Shown here piece after piece: positions 1-10,129 of a stretch of 64,000 nucleotides of DNA. Position 1 is the stretch's first letter. Each line of letters starts with the position of its first letter. Source of the DNA: an uncultured Candidatus Saccharibacteria bacterium (GTDB lineage Bacteria > Patescibacteriota > Minisyncoccia > Phycocordibacterales > UBA2100); the NCBI GenBank assembly GCA_964362175.1, contig CAYIDD010000001.1, positions 64,569-128,568 of the forward strand, in the 5' to 3' direction. Under the pieces are notes generated by a model, which was given only the letters and a program-made list of their open reading frames with translations, did no database searches and had not been told where the DNA came from. Made by a program: the position numbers and the translations under genes.

Positions 1-568
1 ACCTCCCTTGATGCACGACTTCACCGAACTGCATCGTCTTCGGGTCGAGTTTGAGATAGAGACTTTTGCCCATCGACGGCCGCGCCGTCATCGGCTCCCC
101 TGCTTTGCGCTCCGCGTAATTGACGATAACCAGCCCATCGCGTATCTCCGTCGTCTGCGGGGCGACGCGGTCTCCGACGATGGTCGCATCTACCGATAGG
201 TAGCCATCACCCTTTCGGAGCGCTGCGGCCGCATAGAAAAAGGTACCGCTTCCTCCGCCTTCCTGCGTGAGGAGGAACGCGACATCGGCCACACCGTCGC
301 CATCAATGTCTCCTACCGCCTCGTTGCCGAAGTAGCGTGTGATGGTCTTCGATGCACTGCCGAGCGCTCCGCCAACTGGCGGATTCTCCTCGGCATAGCC
401 ATCACGCAACTGCACCGGCTTCCCCTCTATCATGTAGGTCAGGTCCTTGTATGAATCTTCCCCAGCCGATTTACCCTGTTTTTCCTGATAGGGAGAGCTG
501 TTCAACCAAAAAAACCCGCCAACAACAAGGGCCACGAGCGCCACCAACGCAAAGACCGCCTTACTCAT
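1..568 (-). CDS. Membrane-anchored/secreted hypothetical protein, runs off the window edge
   Basis: Manual translation from ATG at 568: MSKAVFALVALVALVVGGFFWLN..., ending ...GDRVAPQTTEIRDGLVIVNYAERKAGEPMTARPSMGKSLYLKLDPKTMQFGEVVHQGR at position 2; both ends are in the same frame. Confidence 0.7.
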   Translation of the reverse strand, partial: MSKAVFALVALVALVVGGFFWLNSSPYQEKQGKSAGEDSYKDLTYMIEGKPVQLRDGYAEENPPVGGALGSASKTITRYFGNEAVGDIDGDGVADVAFLLTQEGGGSGTFFYAAAALRKGDGYLSVDATIVGDRVAPQTTEIRDGLVIVNYAERKAGEPMTARPSMGKSLYLKLDPKTMQFGEVVHQGR

Positions 569-644
569 CCCCAAATCCTACCACACCCCCTTCCACCCCC
601 CACACGCGATGCGATTTTCATACGCGCGGAGTGTATATCGAGCG

Positions 645-761
645 TTACTCCAATAGTTCTGCCAGCCTAACCCCTAAAACCTGAGCTATTTTTGCAAGGG
701 TGGTTAAAGTCGGGTTCTTGTGACCGTTCTCCAAGCGACTTATGTAGCTTTTGTCCACGTT
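645..761 (-). pseudogene. XRE/Cro-C1 helix-turn-helix protein, C-terminal fragment
   Basis: Translates as NVDKSYISRLENGHKNPTLTTLAKIAQVLGVRLAELLE*, the typical second half of an XRE domain; helices 1-2 are missing in frame. Confidence 0.7.
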
Positions 762-920
762 CGAATACGCTTGGCCGATTTTTCAGAAAATCCAGCCGCA
801 GCAATTAACTCTGCCTTGAAATCTGGTAAATCTCGCAATAGATGCTCCATTGTCTTTATTTTCGACAGGGCCGTTTCAAATTCACGAGCACGAAGAATAT
901 GAAGATTAGCGTGTTTTCCC

Positions 921-1055
921 TTAGAAAAGTGCTATTTCTTCTGGCCTTACGCTCGCTCCAATGAGCAGCTCTGCGATGTTGTCTATTTCGCCATGCGTCG
1001 CTCCTGCACCAAATAAATACGCGACTTTCGTTTTTTTCAAGGTCATTTCAGACAT
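921..1055 (-). pseudogene. SIR2-like protein, N-terminal fragment (44 aa)
   Basis: MSEMTLKKTKVAYLFGAGATHGE...* carries the beta1-GAG(A)S/T motif of SIR2-like domains, then stops early; AT-rich. Confidence 0.5.
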
Positions 1056-1101
1056 GTCTAAAAATCATCCCACAAATCTCGCCTTTGGGGAACCTGCGGG
1101 G

Positions 1102-1443
1102 TTAGCGCTGGATGTCTAGGGTGAAGGTGATGATGTCGCCCTGGGCGATGCCTTCGGCGCGGCGGACGGAGGCCTTGAGCGGAAGAATGTAGGTGCCGGA
1201 GCGTGAATCGGGGAAAATTGATGTTTCCCACTTGGTTTTTCCAAGCGTTACGCGCACACGTACCGCGCCGAATCCCCTCCTGCTTTTTCCAAACCTCCCT
1301 CTAATACCTTCCGACTGCTTCTTGTCGACATACGCAAAGTGCCACGCGCCCTGCGCGCCGGGCCAGAGCACCACTTCCGAGCGGATTTTGTATATCTTCT
1401 TTGCCGTCGACCGGTTGATGGTCGACACCTGTGGACGGGCCAT
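1102..1443 (-). CDS. DUF1905 domain protein
   Basis: Motifs GAWHF...RGFGAVRVRVTLGKTKWETSIFP...YILPLKASVRRAEG. Confidence 0.8.
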   Translation of the reverse strand: MARPQVSTINRSTAKKIYKIRSEVVLWPGAQGAWHFAYVDKKQSEGIRGRFGKSRRGFGAVRVRVTLGKTKWETSIFPDSRSGTYILPLKASVRRAEGIAQGDIITFTLDIQR

Positions 1444-1499
1444 GCGAAGATCCTCCCACAAATCTCCGGTTTGGGGAAACCGGAATACCTAGGGGCAAT

Positions 1500-2651
1500 T
1501 CAGCGCCATCCCTTGGCAACATCCCACTTGATCTTCATGATCGAACCGAGCGCGAGCAGAACGAGGAGGAATTTCGCAACGGAGCCGACGAGCGGAATGG
1601 ATCCGAGGAGCGTGAACACGACCACACCAAGAAGTATCGTCTGCCATGTGGCCTGATATTCGGCCGACTTGAACATCCACTTGTGCACCAGACTTCCGAC
1701 GACGATCGAAGCGAACGCACAGGAGACAAGCATCAAGATCGCAAACGCAAGGAGGCCGAGTATGCCGAATGGAATGCCGATCAGTGTCACGAGTGCGATG
1801 ATCGATGCGATGGGAAGAACGACGAGGACGATAAGACCTCGGCCCATCTCAAGAAGCGGCTGAGCCATCGCGTTGCGGACGAATGTTTGAGTGTAGCGCT
1901 TGAACACGAGCCCGAGCACCAGGGCAAAGGCAAGCATTGCGAGGAATTTGATGAGAATGAAGACGGACAGGATGGCCAAGATGCTTGTCGTCGAGATGGG
2001 GAACGTCGACGTCGCTGCCTTTTGCTGCTCGAACGTAGTCTTGCCGCGTACGACGGCGCCCGTTTCCAATACTGCTTCCGACTGAGCTGTGTAATCAAGG
2101 TTTCCTTCAATGATAGCGTCTTTACCGAGGGTGAGTTTTCCACCCTTGAACTCTACGTTGCCGCGCACGCGGGAATTGATGACTACTTCCCCACCGGAAA
2201 GGCGCATATTGCCCCCCACGGGCGCTGTCACTTGTAGTGCACCTCCGCCCCAGAGCACGTCACCTCCCACGCCACCACCGGAAATTTGCGTCTGCCCGCC
2301 GCCTATCAGCACGTCGTTGCCGACTTTTCCGTTGAGGAGAATATTGCCGCCGCCAATTCGTGCATCGTCGCCGATATCGGCGATAACAGTGATCGAGCCG
2401 CCGCCCACGATAAGGTCTTGCGAGACGGGGCCGCTGACGGCGATAGTGCCGCCAGCCGCCACGAGGTCACCGTTTACTTTACCGGCACTTGTCGTATTGG
2501 CCCCAATAAGATAGAGGTCACCCTTGGTCGTTTCAGACTGCACGAGCGTCGGCGAATTGCCGGTCCGCACATCAGCTGCAAACGCTACTACGGGGATAAT
2601 GAGCACGCTTATGAGTAATGCGCCCCACGAAACCCTGCGTGATGTATTCAT
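1500..2651 (-). CDS. Polymer-forming (bactofilin-like) beta-helix membrane protein
   Basis: Signal peptide, repeated G.V.GD...GG units, several C-terminal TM helices. Confidence 0.7.
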   Translation of the reverse strand: MNTSRRVSWGALLISVLIIPVVAFAADVRTGNSPTLVQSETTKGDLYLIGANTTSAGKVNGDLVAAGGTIAVSGPVSQDLIVGGGSITVIADIGDDARIGGGNILLNGKVGNDVLIGGGQTQISGGGVGGDVLWGGGALQVTAPVGGNMRLSGGEVVINSRVRGNVEFKGGKLTLGKDAIIEGNLDYTAQSEAVLETGAVVRGKTTFEQQKAATSTFPISTTSILAILSVFILIKFLAMLAFALVLGLVFKRYTQTFVRNAMAQPLLEMGRGLIVLVVLPIASIIALVTLIGIPFGILGLLAFAILMLVSCAFASIVVGSLVHKWMFKSAEYQATWQTILLGVVVFTLLGSIPLVGSVAKFLLVLLALGSIMKIKWDVAKGWR

Positions 2652-2759
2652 GCCGCAACTATACGCCTCTCCATACCACGCGCAACAGCGTTCAGCGGTG
2701 TACCAAAGCAGGCCTCACATTCAAGGCTTTCTTGGTGTCGGGGGCAGTATGGCCGCAGA

Positions 2760-3410
2760 CTACGGGGTTGTGGTGGTCGATCCAGGAACAGACGCGGGCG
2801 CTCCGCCGAGTCGGAGAGATGTGCGTATTGTGTCGAATGCGTTGAGGAGTGCCTGACGGTCGAATTCGCGCGTACCCGTGGCGTAATTACCTATATTCAT
2901 CGAATGGATGTAGTAGCGCACGGCTGTGCACGGAGAACTCTCCGAAAGTGCATATATCGTCTCGTCGTACAAATTCCCCGCCGCTACCCCGCTTGAGGTC
3001 GCCACCGAATACCCGGCACCGTTCTCTTGCACCGTACTCGCCTTCACATCGGCCGCGAGATAGATATCGCCCGTGCAGTTCTTGGCGCGGGGAAGTTGTT
3101 CGACGGCGAGGTATGTGTCGCTCGCGAGATTCGTACCCGCCGCCATCGCCGCGGGAATGGTGAATTTCACACCATGGATGGGCTTTTTCGGATTCACCTG
3201 ATCGTACACATGCGCGTCGCTCATGATGAAATCCTGCGGATAGACAACGGAGAACGTGGTCGTCGCGTAGGTACTCGTCGCCGCCTGCTGCGCCGTTGGC
3301 GCTTGTACCGATGCGGGCGCTGAAGTGCGCGGGAGCGTCTTCAGGACAAAGATCCCCGCCGCGACAACGAGAAGGACAACAACTCCACCGATGATCATTT
3401 TGTTCGTCAT
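2760..3410 (-). CDS. Membrane-anchored hypothetical protein
   Basis: 216-aa ORF with an N-terminal TM segment. Confidence 0.7.
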   Translation of the reverse strand: MTNKMIIGGVVVLLVVAAGIFVLKTLPRTSAPASVQAPTAQQAATSTYATTTFSVVYPQDFIMSDAHVYDQVNPKKPIHGVKFTIPAAMAAGTNLASDTYLAVEQLPRAKNCTGDIYLAADVKASTVQENGAGYSVATSSGVAAGNLYDETIYALSESSPCTAVRYYIHSMNIGNYATGTREFDRQALLNAFDTIRTSLRLGGAPASVPGSTTTTP

Positions 3411-3411
3411 A

Positions 3412-3690
3412 CTATTTTATATCTTTATCCTTAGCCTCACCCCCCATTATATCTTTGGTCTGGATGGGGCTTTGTATGCCCGGCACCCATTCCGCATTAA
3501 TACTACCAAATTGCTTCTCATAATCAGCTATCTGGTGCGCGAGGTACTGCGAGAGCCTTTTCATGTGCTGGGGCGTCAGTGCGTACATGATACCGCTCTC
3601 TCCCGTGAGCATTCCTACCACAAAAAATTCCTGCGAGAATGCGACGGTGATATTTTCGCAGAATTGCTTGGGTGCCTTGTTGAAGTCCAT
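3412..3690 (-). CDS. DUF3467-like small protein
   Basis: ...EFF...LTPQHMKRL...IADYEKQFGSI pattern; TATAAT just upstream. Confidence 0.6.
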   Translation of the reverse strand: MDFNKAPKQFCENITVAFSQEFFVVGMLTGESGIMYALTPQHMKRLSQYLAHQIADYEKQFGSINAEWVPGIQSPIQTKDIMGGEAKDKDIK

Positions 3691-3740
3691 ATGGGGTCAA
3701 TTATAGGCCTGTGCGGGCTTTTGTCCAAAACCCTCGGGTC

Positions 3741-4457
3741 CTACTGGAACAACTTTGAGAACCAGCCGAAGACACTGAATACCTCTTCGTGCGCCTGCAC
3801 GAACGCATCCGCATCATCCTTTGCCTTCTGCAAAGCTGCGATCTGCTCATTGAGCCCCGCCCTCACATCCACACTGATCGCCCGCTCCTTCGCTTTCTTT
3901 AAGCGTTCAATGTGATTTTCTGTGGTCGAAAGCGAGCTGCGCAAGATGCCGAGGTTCTTGAAGTCGGCACCGAAGAGAAACTCCAGAAGCGTGCTGCGAG
4001 CCTCTACCGCGTTGATCGCCCTGCTCGCCTCTTCGCTTGAAGAAGCCTGCTCGCGGGCCACTTCGCGAACATCGTCGCCGATACCGCGATCCTCATCAGC
4101 AAGATCGAGCAAGGACTTGAGCACATCTGCAACACGGCTGCGATGTTTTTCTCCCTCCCCCTCACTATCGTCATCCTGATCATCGGAGTCGTCATCTGCA
4201 TCGTCGTTTGCGTCATCGTTCGCATCGTCGTTCGCATCGTCGTTTTCGTCATCATCATCCCTTTGCCCTTGGGCACGGTCGCCAGTGTTCGATGGAATTC
4301 CCGGCACTGGCGTGGTAACGCCAACGGTGTCCTGTTCTATCCCCCCATTCTCGCTCTCATCATCCTTCGCAAAGGCCACGGATACGGACATTGCAAGAAG
4401 AATGAGACCTATTGCTGTCGCCATTAAGATCTCTGCTCTCTGCATAACTATGATCAA
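3741..4457 (-). CDS. Secreted hypothetical protein with an acidic low-complexity tract and helical C-terminus
   Basis: Signal peptide (VAFA), DDAN repeats. Confidence 0.7.
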   Translation of the reverse strand: MIIVMQRAEILMATAIGLILLAMSVSVAFAKDDESENGGIEQDTVGVTTPVPGIPSNTGDRAQGQRDDDDENDDANDDANDDANDDADDDSDDQDDDSEGEGEKHRSRVADVLKSLLDLADEDRGIGDDVREVAREQASSSEEASRAINAVEARSTLLEFLFGADFKNLGILRSSLSTTENHIERLKKAKERAISVDVRAGLNEQIAALQKAKDDADAFVQAHEEVFSVFGWFSKLFQ

Positions 4458-4551
4458 TTTACATTAATAAGACCGCTCTCACACCAACCCTATGCCGTAA
4501 GTATACTTTACGTGACCGAAAATGCGCATCCCCCAACTGCTTACAGCATCC

Positions 4552-5064
4552 TCACTGCATCCGCGTGAAATTCGGCCCGCTCGCGCTATTTAGGTACACG
4601 AGCTCGAGCGTGTCAGCAGCCTTCGTCACGGCAAAATACATACTCTCGCCGGCAAAGGTCATCTGGATATACACTACACCCTCAACAAGCCCTGTCGTCC
4701 CCTCCGGCGCCATGTCCGCGGTGAATGCACCCCAGATGCCGCTTTTTGTTGCTGTCTTATCCCCTTCATAGCGGTCGACAACGGTGCCATCATCCCGGAA
4801 TTCGCGTGTGAACTTCTGCTCATCACCGCTCCGCCACACTCCCACCATGGCGCGGGAAACGGCGCTCGCTTCGGGGCTTATCGCCCCATCGCGCACGGGG
4901 CGGACGGCGGCTGATACCGTACCCGCACCCTCACCCTCACGCGTTGCGTCTCGCGGAGTGGCAGCGACATTGTAGGAAATAAAATAAAAACAAACACCGA
5001 CCGCAACCGTGAGCAGTATGCCGATGAGGATCTTTCTTCCCGTGTGATCTACAGTTTGGTCCAT
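4552..5064 (-). CDS. Membrane-anchored hypothetical protein
   Basis: N-terminal TM segment, beta-rich C-terminal domain (VGVWRS...). Confidence 0.65.
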   Translation of the reverse strand: MDQTVDHTGRKILIGILLTVAVGVCFYFISYNVAATPRDATREGEGAGTVSAAVRPVRDGAISPEASAVSRAMVGVWRSGDEQKFTREFRDDGTVVDRYEGDKTATKSGIWGAFTADMAPEGTTGLVEGVVYIQMTFAGESMYFAVTKAADTLELVYLNSASGPNFTRMQ

Positions 5065-5066
5065 AA

Positions 5067-5312
5067 TTATTTCTCTTCTAGATCCAAGCAAATCGAATTA
5101 ATGCAATACCGCTTGCCCGTTGGAGTGGGGCCGTCATCAAAAACATGGCCCAAGTGTCCTCCGCATCGTGCGCAGGTAATCTCCACTCTCTCCATGCCAA
5201 GTGTAGCATCCCTAAAGAGCGCTTCGGTACCCTTCTCACGCAACACCGCATACTCCTCGGGCGTGAGTATTTTTTGCCATTCCTTGTCCCGCTCCGGCAT
5301 CGGTCTTTTCAC
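5067..5312 (-). CDS. msrB: Methionine sulfoxide reductase B with an internal in-frame deletion (possible pseudogene)
   Basis: [15 protein letters not shown] joined directly to [35 protein letters not shown]; first CxxC and GWPSF segment absent. Confidence 0.8.
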   Translation of the reverse strand: MKRPMPERDKEWQKILTPEEYAVLREKGTEALFRDATLGMERVEITCARCGGHLGHVFDDGPTPTGKRYCINSICLDLEEK

Positions 5313-5334
5313 GCCTCAAGTATAGCAAGAAAGG

Positions 5335-5412
5335 GCGCGGAGGTGATTTTGGGGCGGACCACACCTCCGCGCGGCGCTGCCTCGCCTTTTCGGCTCATTT
5401 TTGGGCAGGCGC
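5335..5412. repeat. GC-rich hairpin cluster (REP-like) between typA and msrB
   Basis: gcgcggaggtg 5335-5345 pairs with cacctccgcgc 5362-5372; a second imperfect stem follows. Confidence 0.5.
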
Positions 5413-5451
5413 TTCCCTCAGAATAACGCCGTACACCGGAACTGCAACGGG

Positions 5452-7242
5452 TTAGTCCTTTCTTCGCGCACGCGAACGCTCGATATCGGTGAGCTGTTGT
5501 TTACGCAAGCGTACCGATGTCGGCGTGATCTCCAGATATTCATCCTCCGCCATCACCTCAAGCCCGCGCTCGATGGTCAACGCAAAGGGCGGAATGAGAT
5601 TTATCGCCTCATCGGCTCCGCTTGAGCGCATGTTGGTAAGCTGTTTGCCCTTGGTCGGATTGACGGTCATTTCTTCGCCCTTGGACGTGTTGCCGATGAC
5701 CATGCCCTCGTACACTTCGATAGCGGGACCGATATAGAGGACGCCGCGCTCTTGCAAATTCCATAGTGAGAAACCGAGCGCTTTGCCGCTCGCCATCGAT
5801 ATCATCGAACCCACGTTGCGGTGACGGATCTCGCCCGCGAACGGTTTGAATCCGACGACGCGCGATGAAAGTATCCCCTCACCCTTGGTGTCGAGCACGA
5901 ATTGCGAACGATAACCCAAAAGCCCGCGCGTGGGGCCCTCGAAAATGAGGCGCACCTGATTCTCGTGGACTTTCATATCTTTCATAATGAACTTGCGCAC
6001 CCCCAAGCGTTCGATGATGGCACCCTGATAGACCTGCGGTGTATCGACCACCACTTCCTCGTATGGTTCGCTCCGCTCACCATCATTTTCCTGACGGAAA
6101 ATGACCTGCGGTTGCGAGACCTGCATTTCATAGCCTTCGCGGCGCATATTTTCCAAAAGAATTGCGACGTGCAATTCGCCGCGACCGGATACCTTGAATA
6201 TATCGCCCCCCGAAAAATCGACACGCAATCCGACGTTGACCTCAAGCTCGCGCTCCAACCTGTCGCGGATCTGACGCGAAGTGACGAACTTGCCTTCGCG
6301 CCCCGCGAAGGGAGAGTTGTTGACGAGAAAGTTGAGCGTGATCGTCGGCTCATCGATAGCGATCGCCGGAAGCGGCTCCGCGTTCGCATCGGTCGATATG
6401 GTCTCTCCGATATAAATATCCGGCAATCCCGCGATCATGACGATGTCACCCGCTGTCACTTCGGCCGATTCTATTTTCTGGAGACCCCTGAAGGTGAACA
6501 TCTTCGTTATTTTCCCGTTGCGTGTTTCGCCGGTGGGCTTTTTTACGGATACGGCATCTCCCGTTCGGAGCACACCCTCGTACACGCGGGCGATCGCGAG
6601 CCTGCCGAGGAAGTTGTCGTACCCGAGATTGAACGGCTGCACGCGGACGGGCGCTCCCTCCTTCGCCAAAGCTACGGAGGGCACGTGCGCAAGTATTGTA
6701 TCGAGAAGCGGCGTGAGATCGCTCGACTCCTCGGTGAGTTTCATTTTCGCTATCCCCTGCTTGCCGATCGCATACACTATCGGGAAGTCGGCTTGCTCAT
6801 CCGAAGCACCGAGTTCCAAAAAGAGTTCGAGCACCTGCTCTTCCGTACGCGCGGGGTCGGCTGCGGGCTTGTCGATCTTGTTGATGACAACGATGGGCTT
6901 GAGTCCAAGCTCAAGGGATTTTTTCAAGACGAACCGTGTCTGCGGCATAGGACCTTCCTGTGCATCGACCACAAGGAGAACGGAATCGATGGAGCGCAAG
7001 ACCCGCTCGACCTCGCTTCCGAAATCGGCGTGCCCCGGAGTGTCTACGATATTGATCTTGGTGTCTTTGTAATAGACCGCCGCGTTCTTGGAGTAAATGG
7101 TGATGCCGCGCTCGCGCTCCAGGGCATTGGAGTCCATGGAGACACCCTCTTCCGCGACCCCCGTCTGGCGCAAAAGTGCATCCGTCAGGGTTGTTTTCCC
7201 GTGGTCCACGTGCGCGATAATGGCTATATTTCTGATTTCCAT
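5452..7242 (-). CDS. typA: Translational GTPase TypA/BipA
   Basis: [36 protein letters not shown]-terminal GKQLTNMR. Confidence 0.97.
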   Translation of the reverse strand: MEIRNIAIIAHVDHGKTTLTDALLRQTGVAEEGVSMDSNALERERGITIYSKNAAVYYKDTKINIVDTPGHADFGSEVERVLRSIDSVLLVVDAQEGPMPQTRFVLKKSLELGLKPIVVINKIDKPAADPARTEEQVLELFLELGASDEQADFPIVYAIGKQGIAKMKLTEESSDLTPLLDTILAHVPSVALAKEGAPVRVQPFNLGYDNFLGRLAIARVYEGVLRTGDAVSVKKPTGETRNGKITKMFTFRGLQKIESAEVTAGDIVMIAGLPDIYIGETISTDANAEPLPAIAIDEPTITLNFLVNNSPFAGREGKFVTSRQIRDRLERELEVNVGLRVDFSGGDIFKVSGRGELHVAILLENMRREGYEMQVSQPQVIFRQENDGERSEPYEEVVVDTPQVYQGAIIERLGVRKFIMKDMKVHENQVRLIFEGPTRGLLGYRSQFVLDTKGEGILSSRVVGFKPFAGEIRHRNVGSMISMASGKALGFSLWNLQERGVLYIGPAIEVYEGMVIGNTSKGEEMTVNPTKGKQLTNMRSSGADEAINLIPPFALTIERGLEVMAEDEYLEITPTSVRLRKQQLTDIERSRARRKD

Positions 7243-7339
7243 AGAATTGAAAGGAAAATGCCTCGTTGCCGAGGCACCGAAGTGTCAGTATCCCCCAAAA
7301 TACGCTCTGCGTCAATGGATCTACCGGAACGCGAACCCG

Positions 7340-8056
7340 CTAGAGTTGCCCCTCTATTGCAGCAACGAAATTCGCAAGCGGCTGAGCGCCATCGATCGAT
7401 CGTGTGCCGACGATGAATCCGGGTGTACCGCCGATGCCGAATGATGCCCCCTCCTGCTGGTCCGTAGTGATCACCTTTTCGTAGTCAACCCTCTTCGCCG
7501 CGACACGTGCTTTCAGTGTAGTCGTATTAACACCCGCGATCGAGGCACTCAGCTTGAGGATACTCGCCTCATCGCCAAATCCCCCATGCTCCTGATCCTG
7601 TGCCGCATACATTGCTTCATTCCATTCGAAAAATTTATCCGGGTAGAGGTCCCACATCGCATGCTTATAGAGAGCGGCAGTGGTCGAATCGGGACCGAGG
7701 AACGCGAAATCCTTAAAGACGATCTTGAGTTTTCCTGTGTTCACGTATTTTTCCATCAGTGTCGGCAATACCGTGGTCTCGAATTGTTTGCAGAACGGGC
7801 ACTGGTAGTCGGACCAGTAGGCCATTACGAGCGGCGCGTCCGCCTCCCCGACGTACGGGGCTTTTGAAACATCTACATCTCCGACGTTGACCTTTTGGGG
7901 CTGTTCACCACCTGCCGCGACTCCCCCTTTGCCGGAAAGCCCCAAGAAAATACCGCCGCCGATAATGACGCCGGCAGCGACGATCGCTATTGGAACGTAA
8001 AGCGCGCTCATGTCTTTCTGAGCGGGCGCGGTCGTTTGTGTGTTTTCCGATGGCAT
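7340..8056 (-). CDS. DsbA-family thioredoxin-fold protein
   Basis: TM anchor, SDYQCPFC, GTP cis-Pro loop, GAQP. Confidence 0.9.
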   Translation of the reverse strand: MPSENTQTTAPAQKDMSALYVPIAIVAAGVIIGGGIFLGLSGKGGVAAGGEQPQKVNVGDVDVSKAPYVGEADAPLVMAYWSDYQCPFCKQFETTVLPTLMEKYVNTGKLKIVFKDFAFLGPDSTTAALYKHAMWDLYPDKFFEWNEAMYAAQDQEHGGFGDEASILKLSASIAGVNTTTLKARVAAKRVDYEKVITTDQQEGASFGIGGTPGFIVGTRSIDGAQPLANFVAAIEGQL

Positions 8057-8092
8057 CGGACCATTCTACACTATCGGCGAAATATGCAAGGA

Positions 8093-9283
8093 CTACTTCT
8101 TCACACCCTCAAGAACGCCCCATATCGCGGGGTCTTGGCCTCCATCGAGCTTGAAGATGGAAATGCCGCGCACACCTAATTTCTTTGCCAGATCTATTTT
8201 CGTCTTGACCGAGTACGCATCAGACCACACCATCATGCGGAAATTGAGATGCGAATTGTAGGTATCGGCATAGAGCGCAGCACCCGCCGCGGCGAGGAAT
8301 GCCGAGTTTGGCCCGAGAGAAACCGGATCGGAGGACGTCGCGGCGGGAGTATAGGTAAAATACATCTCGCCTGTGCCATTGCGTTGCGGCGTGATCCCAT
8401 ATTGCGCCGCGAGCGGGATCGCGTACCCGGGATTAAAGGTCCACAATATGTCGTATATATATTCCTTTCCCTCATACGCGGTCACATCATATTCGTACCC
8501 GTACGTCGGGACGCCGATAAGTATTTTATTTTTCTTGATGTTTTTTGCGGCGAGATTCACCACTTTTTCTACCCATGCGGGGTCCGCAACGGGCGCATAC
8601 AACTCGGACGAGGACGCGGCCTTGGCCGCAAGTTGTAAGTCGACCGTCTGCTGGTCGTACGCCATGATGCGTACGCGATCACAGTATTTGTTGATGGCGA
8701 TGAAATCGTTGGCATAGATCGTTGCGTCGGGGGGCACCGTCGTCCCGTAGTAGCGGGAATCATTGGGGGTCCGTGATTCGATAGTACACATCACCCATTT
8801 GTTCCCCATCCGTTGGTAAAGACCTTTGAGGAATGTGGAGAAATAATCCTTGTCCGCCGCCTTCTTCCCTTCAAAATCGATATCGATACCGTCGAAGCCG
8901 TTGTCTTTTACGAGTTTGGCGATGCGATCCTCAAGCGCGATGCGCTTTTTTTGGCTGCTCAATATTTCATGAAGGAGCTCGCTGTTACTCGTCATGATGG
9001 TCGGAATGACCCGCACTTTCTGGCGTTTCGCCTCCGCGATAAAACTCTTCCACGGTTCCTCGTCAAGTTTTCCGTTATCGAGAAGTGTGCCGTCAGACTT
9101 GATCGTGTAGACGAACGGGTTTACCTCGGTGAGTTTGCTCAAATGGGGGAGAACATCGGCAGTGCCGGTAGCGGACCGCCAGTACGGGATCCACCCCGTT
9201 ACTTCAAATTTTGTCGCCGCGGCAGACGCCGGGATCGGCAAAGCGAAAAAAAGTGTGCACAGAAACGCGAGGATGTATCTCAT
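8093..9283 (-). CDS. Secreted glycoside hydrolase family 18
   Basis: Signal peptide from MRYILAF; FDGIDIDFE (DxxDxDxE), MAYD, GVPTYG. Confidence 0.88.
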   Translation of the reverse strand: MRYILAFLCTLFFALPIPASAAATKFEVTGWIPYWRSATGTADVLPHLSKLTEVNPFVYTIKSDGTLLDNGKLDEEPWKSFIAEAKRQKVRVIPTIMTSNSELLHEILSSQKKRIALEDRIAKLVKDNGFDGIDIDFEGKKAADKDYFSTFLKGLYQRMGNKWVMCTIESRTPNDSRYYGTTVPPDATIYANDFIAINKYCDRVRIMAYDQQTVDLQLAAKAASSSELYAPVADPAWVEKVVNLAAKNIKKNKILIGVPTYGYEYDVTAYEGKEYIYDILWTFNPGYAIPLAAQYGITPQRNGTGEMYFTYTPAATSSDPVSLGPNSAFLAAAGAALYADTYNSHLNFRMMVWSDAYSVKTKIDLAKKLGVRGISIFKLDGGQDPAIWGVLEGVKK

Positions 9284-9326
9284 GGGGGGTGTGACGTACC
9301 AGTATAGCAATACTTGCACAAAAACA

Positions 9327-10127
9327 TCACGGCCCCTCGGCTTCAAAGCGCGCGATAAGACCGTTGCGCACGACGGTGCGATAGACATATACAAAAAAGG
9401 CGTACGCGAGGACGATATACAACACCGCAAGCACGACTCCTTCAACAAGCGCGAGCGAAGAGAATGTCCCTGAAAGAAGCGCGGTGCGCATTCCTTCGAA
9501 CACGTAGGAGGGCGGAAGCGCCTTGGAGACGACCCTCATCCAATCAGGGAGCGTTGAAACGGGGTAGAATACGCCCACGAACGGGTTCAAGACGGCCGGA
9601 ATAGGCCACACGAACCACTCTGCCGAGGGTCCGATACGGAGCACGATGGCGACCCCGAAGATGCCGAGCGCGATACCGAAGAGAAAAAGGATGAGCAGGA
9701 ACGGTGCAAGGTAGACGCCGAGCGTAAAGAGCGAGAAGCCGAACACGAGAGACGCCAATGCGATGACGCCGGAGAGTACCAAAATGCTCGTAAGGATACT
9801 GGTGAGCACGAGCCCAACGATATATTCGGAGATCTTCAGAGGAGACGCGAAGAGATTGAGAAAATTCTTCGACCACACATCCTCGAGGAACGAGGTCGTC
9901 ATTCCCTGCATGACACGTAGAAGAAAGCCCCAGAGTACGACCGCACCGAGGAAGAACGTGAGAACACCAAAAGAAGGCGGCACCACCGTCGTCAGATACT
10001 TTGTGATATATCCCCAAATAATGACATCAACCGTTATCCAAACGAACATCTGCCAAAAGCGGGTCGGATGACCGCGGATGAGATAGAACTGCCGAAAAGC
10101 TATCGCGTATGCGCGTCGGATGTTCAT
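9327..10127 (-). CDS. ABC-2 type transporter permease
   Basis: Six TM helices, GVFYPVSTLP.W motif. Confidence 0.9.
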   Translation of the reverse strand: MNIRRAYAIAFRQFYLIRGHPTRFWQMFVWITVDVIIWGYITKYLTTVVPPSFGVLTFFLGAVVLWGFLLRVMQGMTTSFLEDVWSKNFLNLFASPLKISEYIVGLVLTSILTSILVLSGVIALASLVFGFSLFTLGVYLAPFLLILFLFGIALGIFGVAIVLRIGPSAEWFVWPIPAVLNPFVGVFYPVSTLPDWMRVVSKALPPSYVFEGMRTALLSGTFSSLALVEGVVLAVLYIVLAYAFFVYVYRTVVRNGLIARFEAEGP

Positions 10128-10129
10128 AC

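Noticed and set aside
4185-4260. 12-bp tandem repeats
   Set aside because: They encode the DDAN low-complexity tract and have no spacers, so this is not a CRISPR array.
5902-7416. Long + strand ORFs opposite typA (also opposite guaB, pyrG, malic enzyme and ftsH)
   Set aside because: Antisense shadow ORFs of conserved genes in GC-rich DNA, with no protein motifs.
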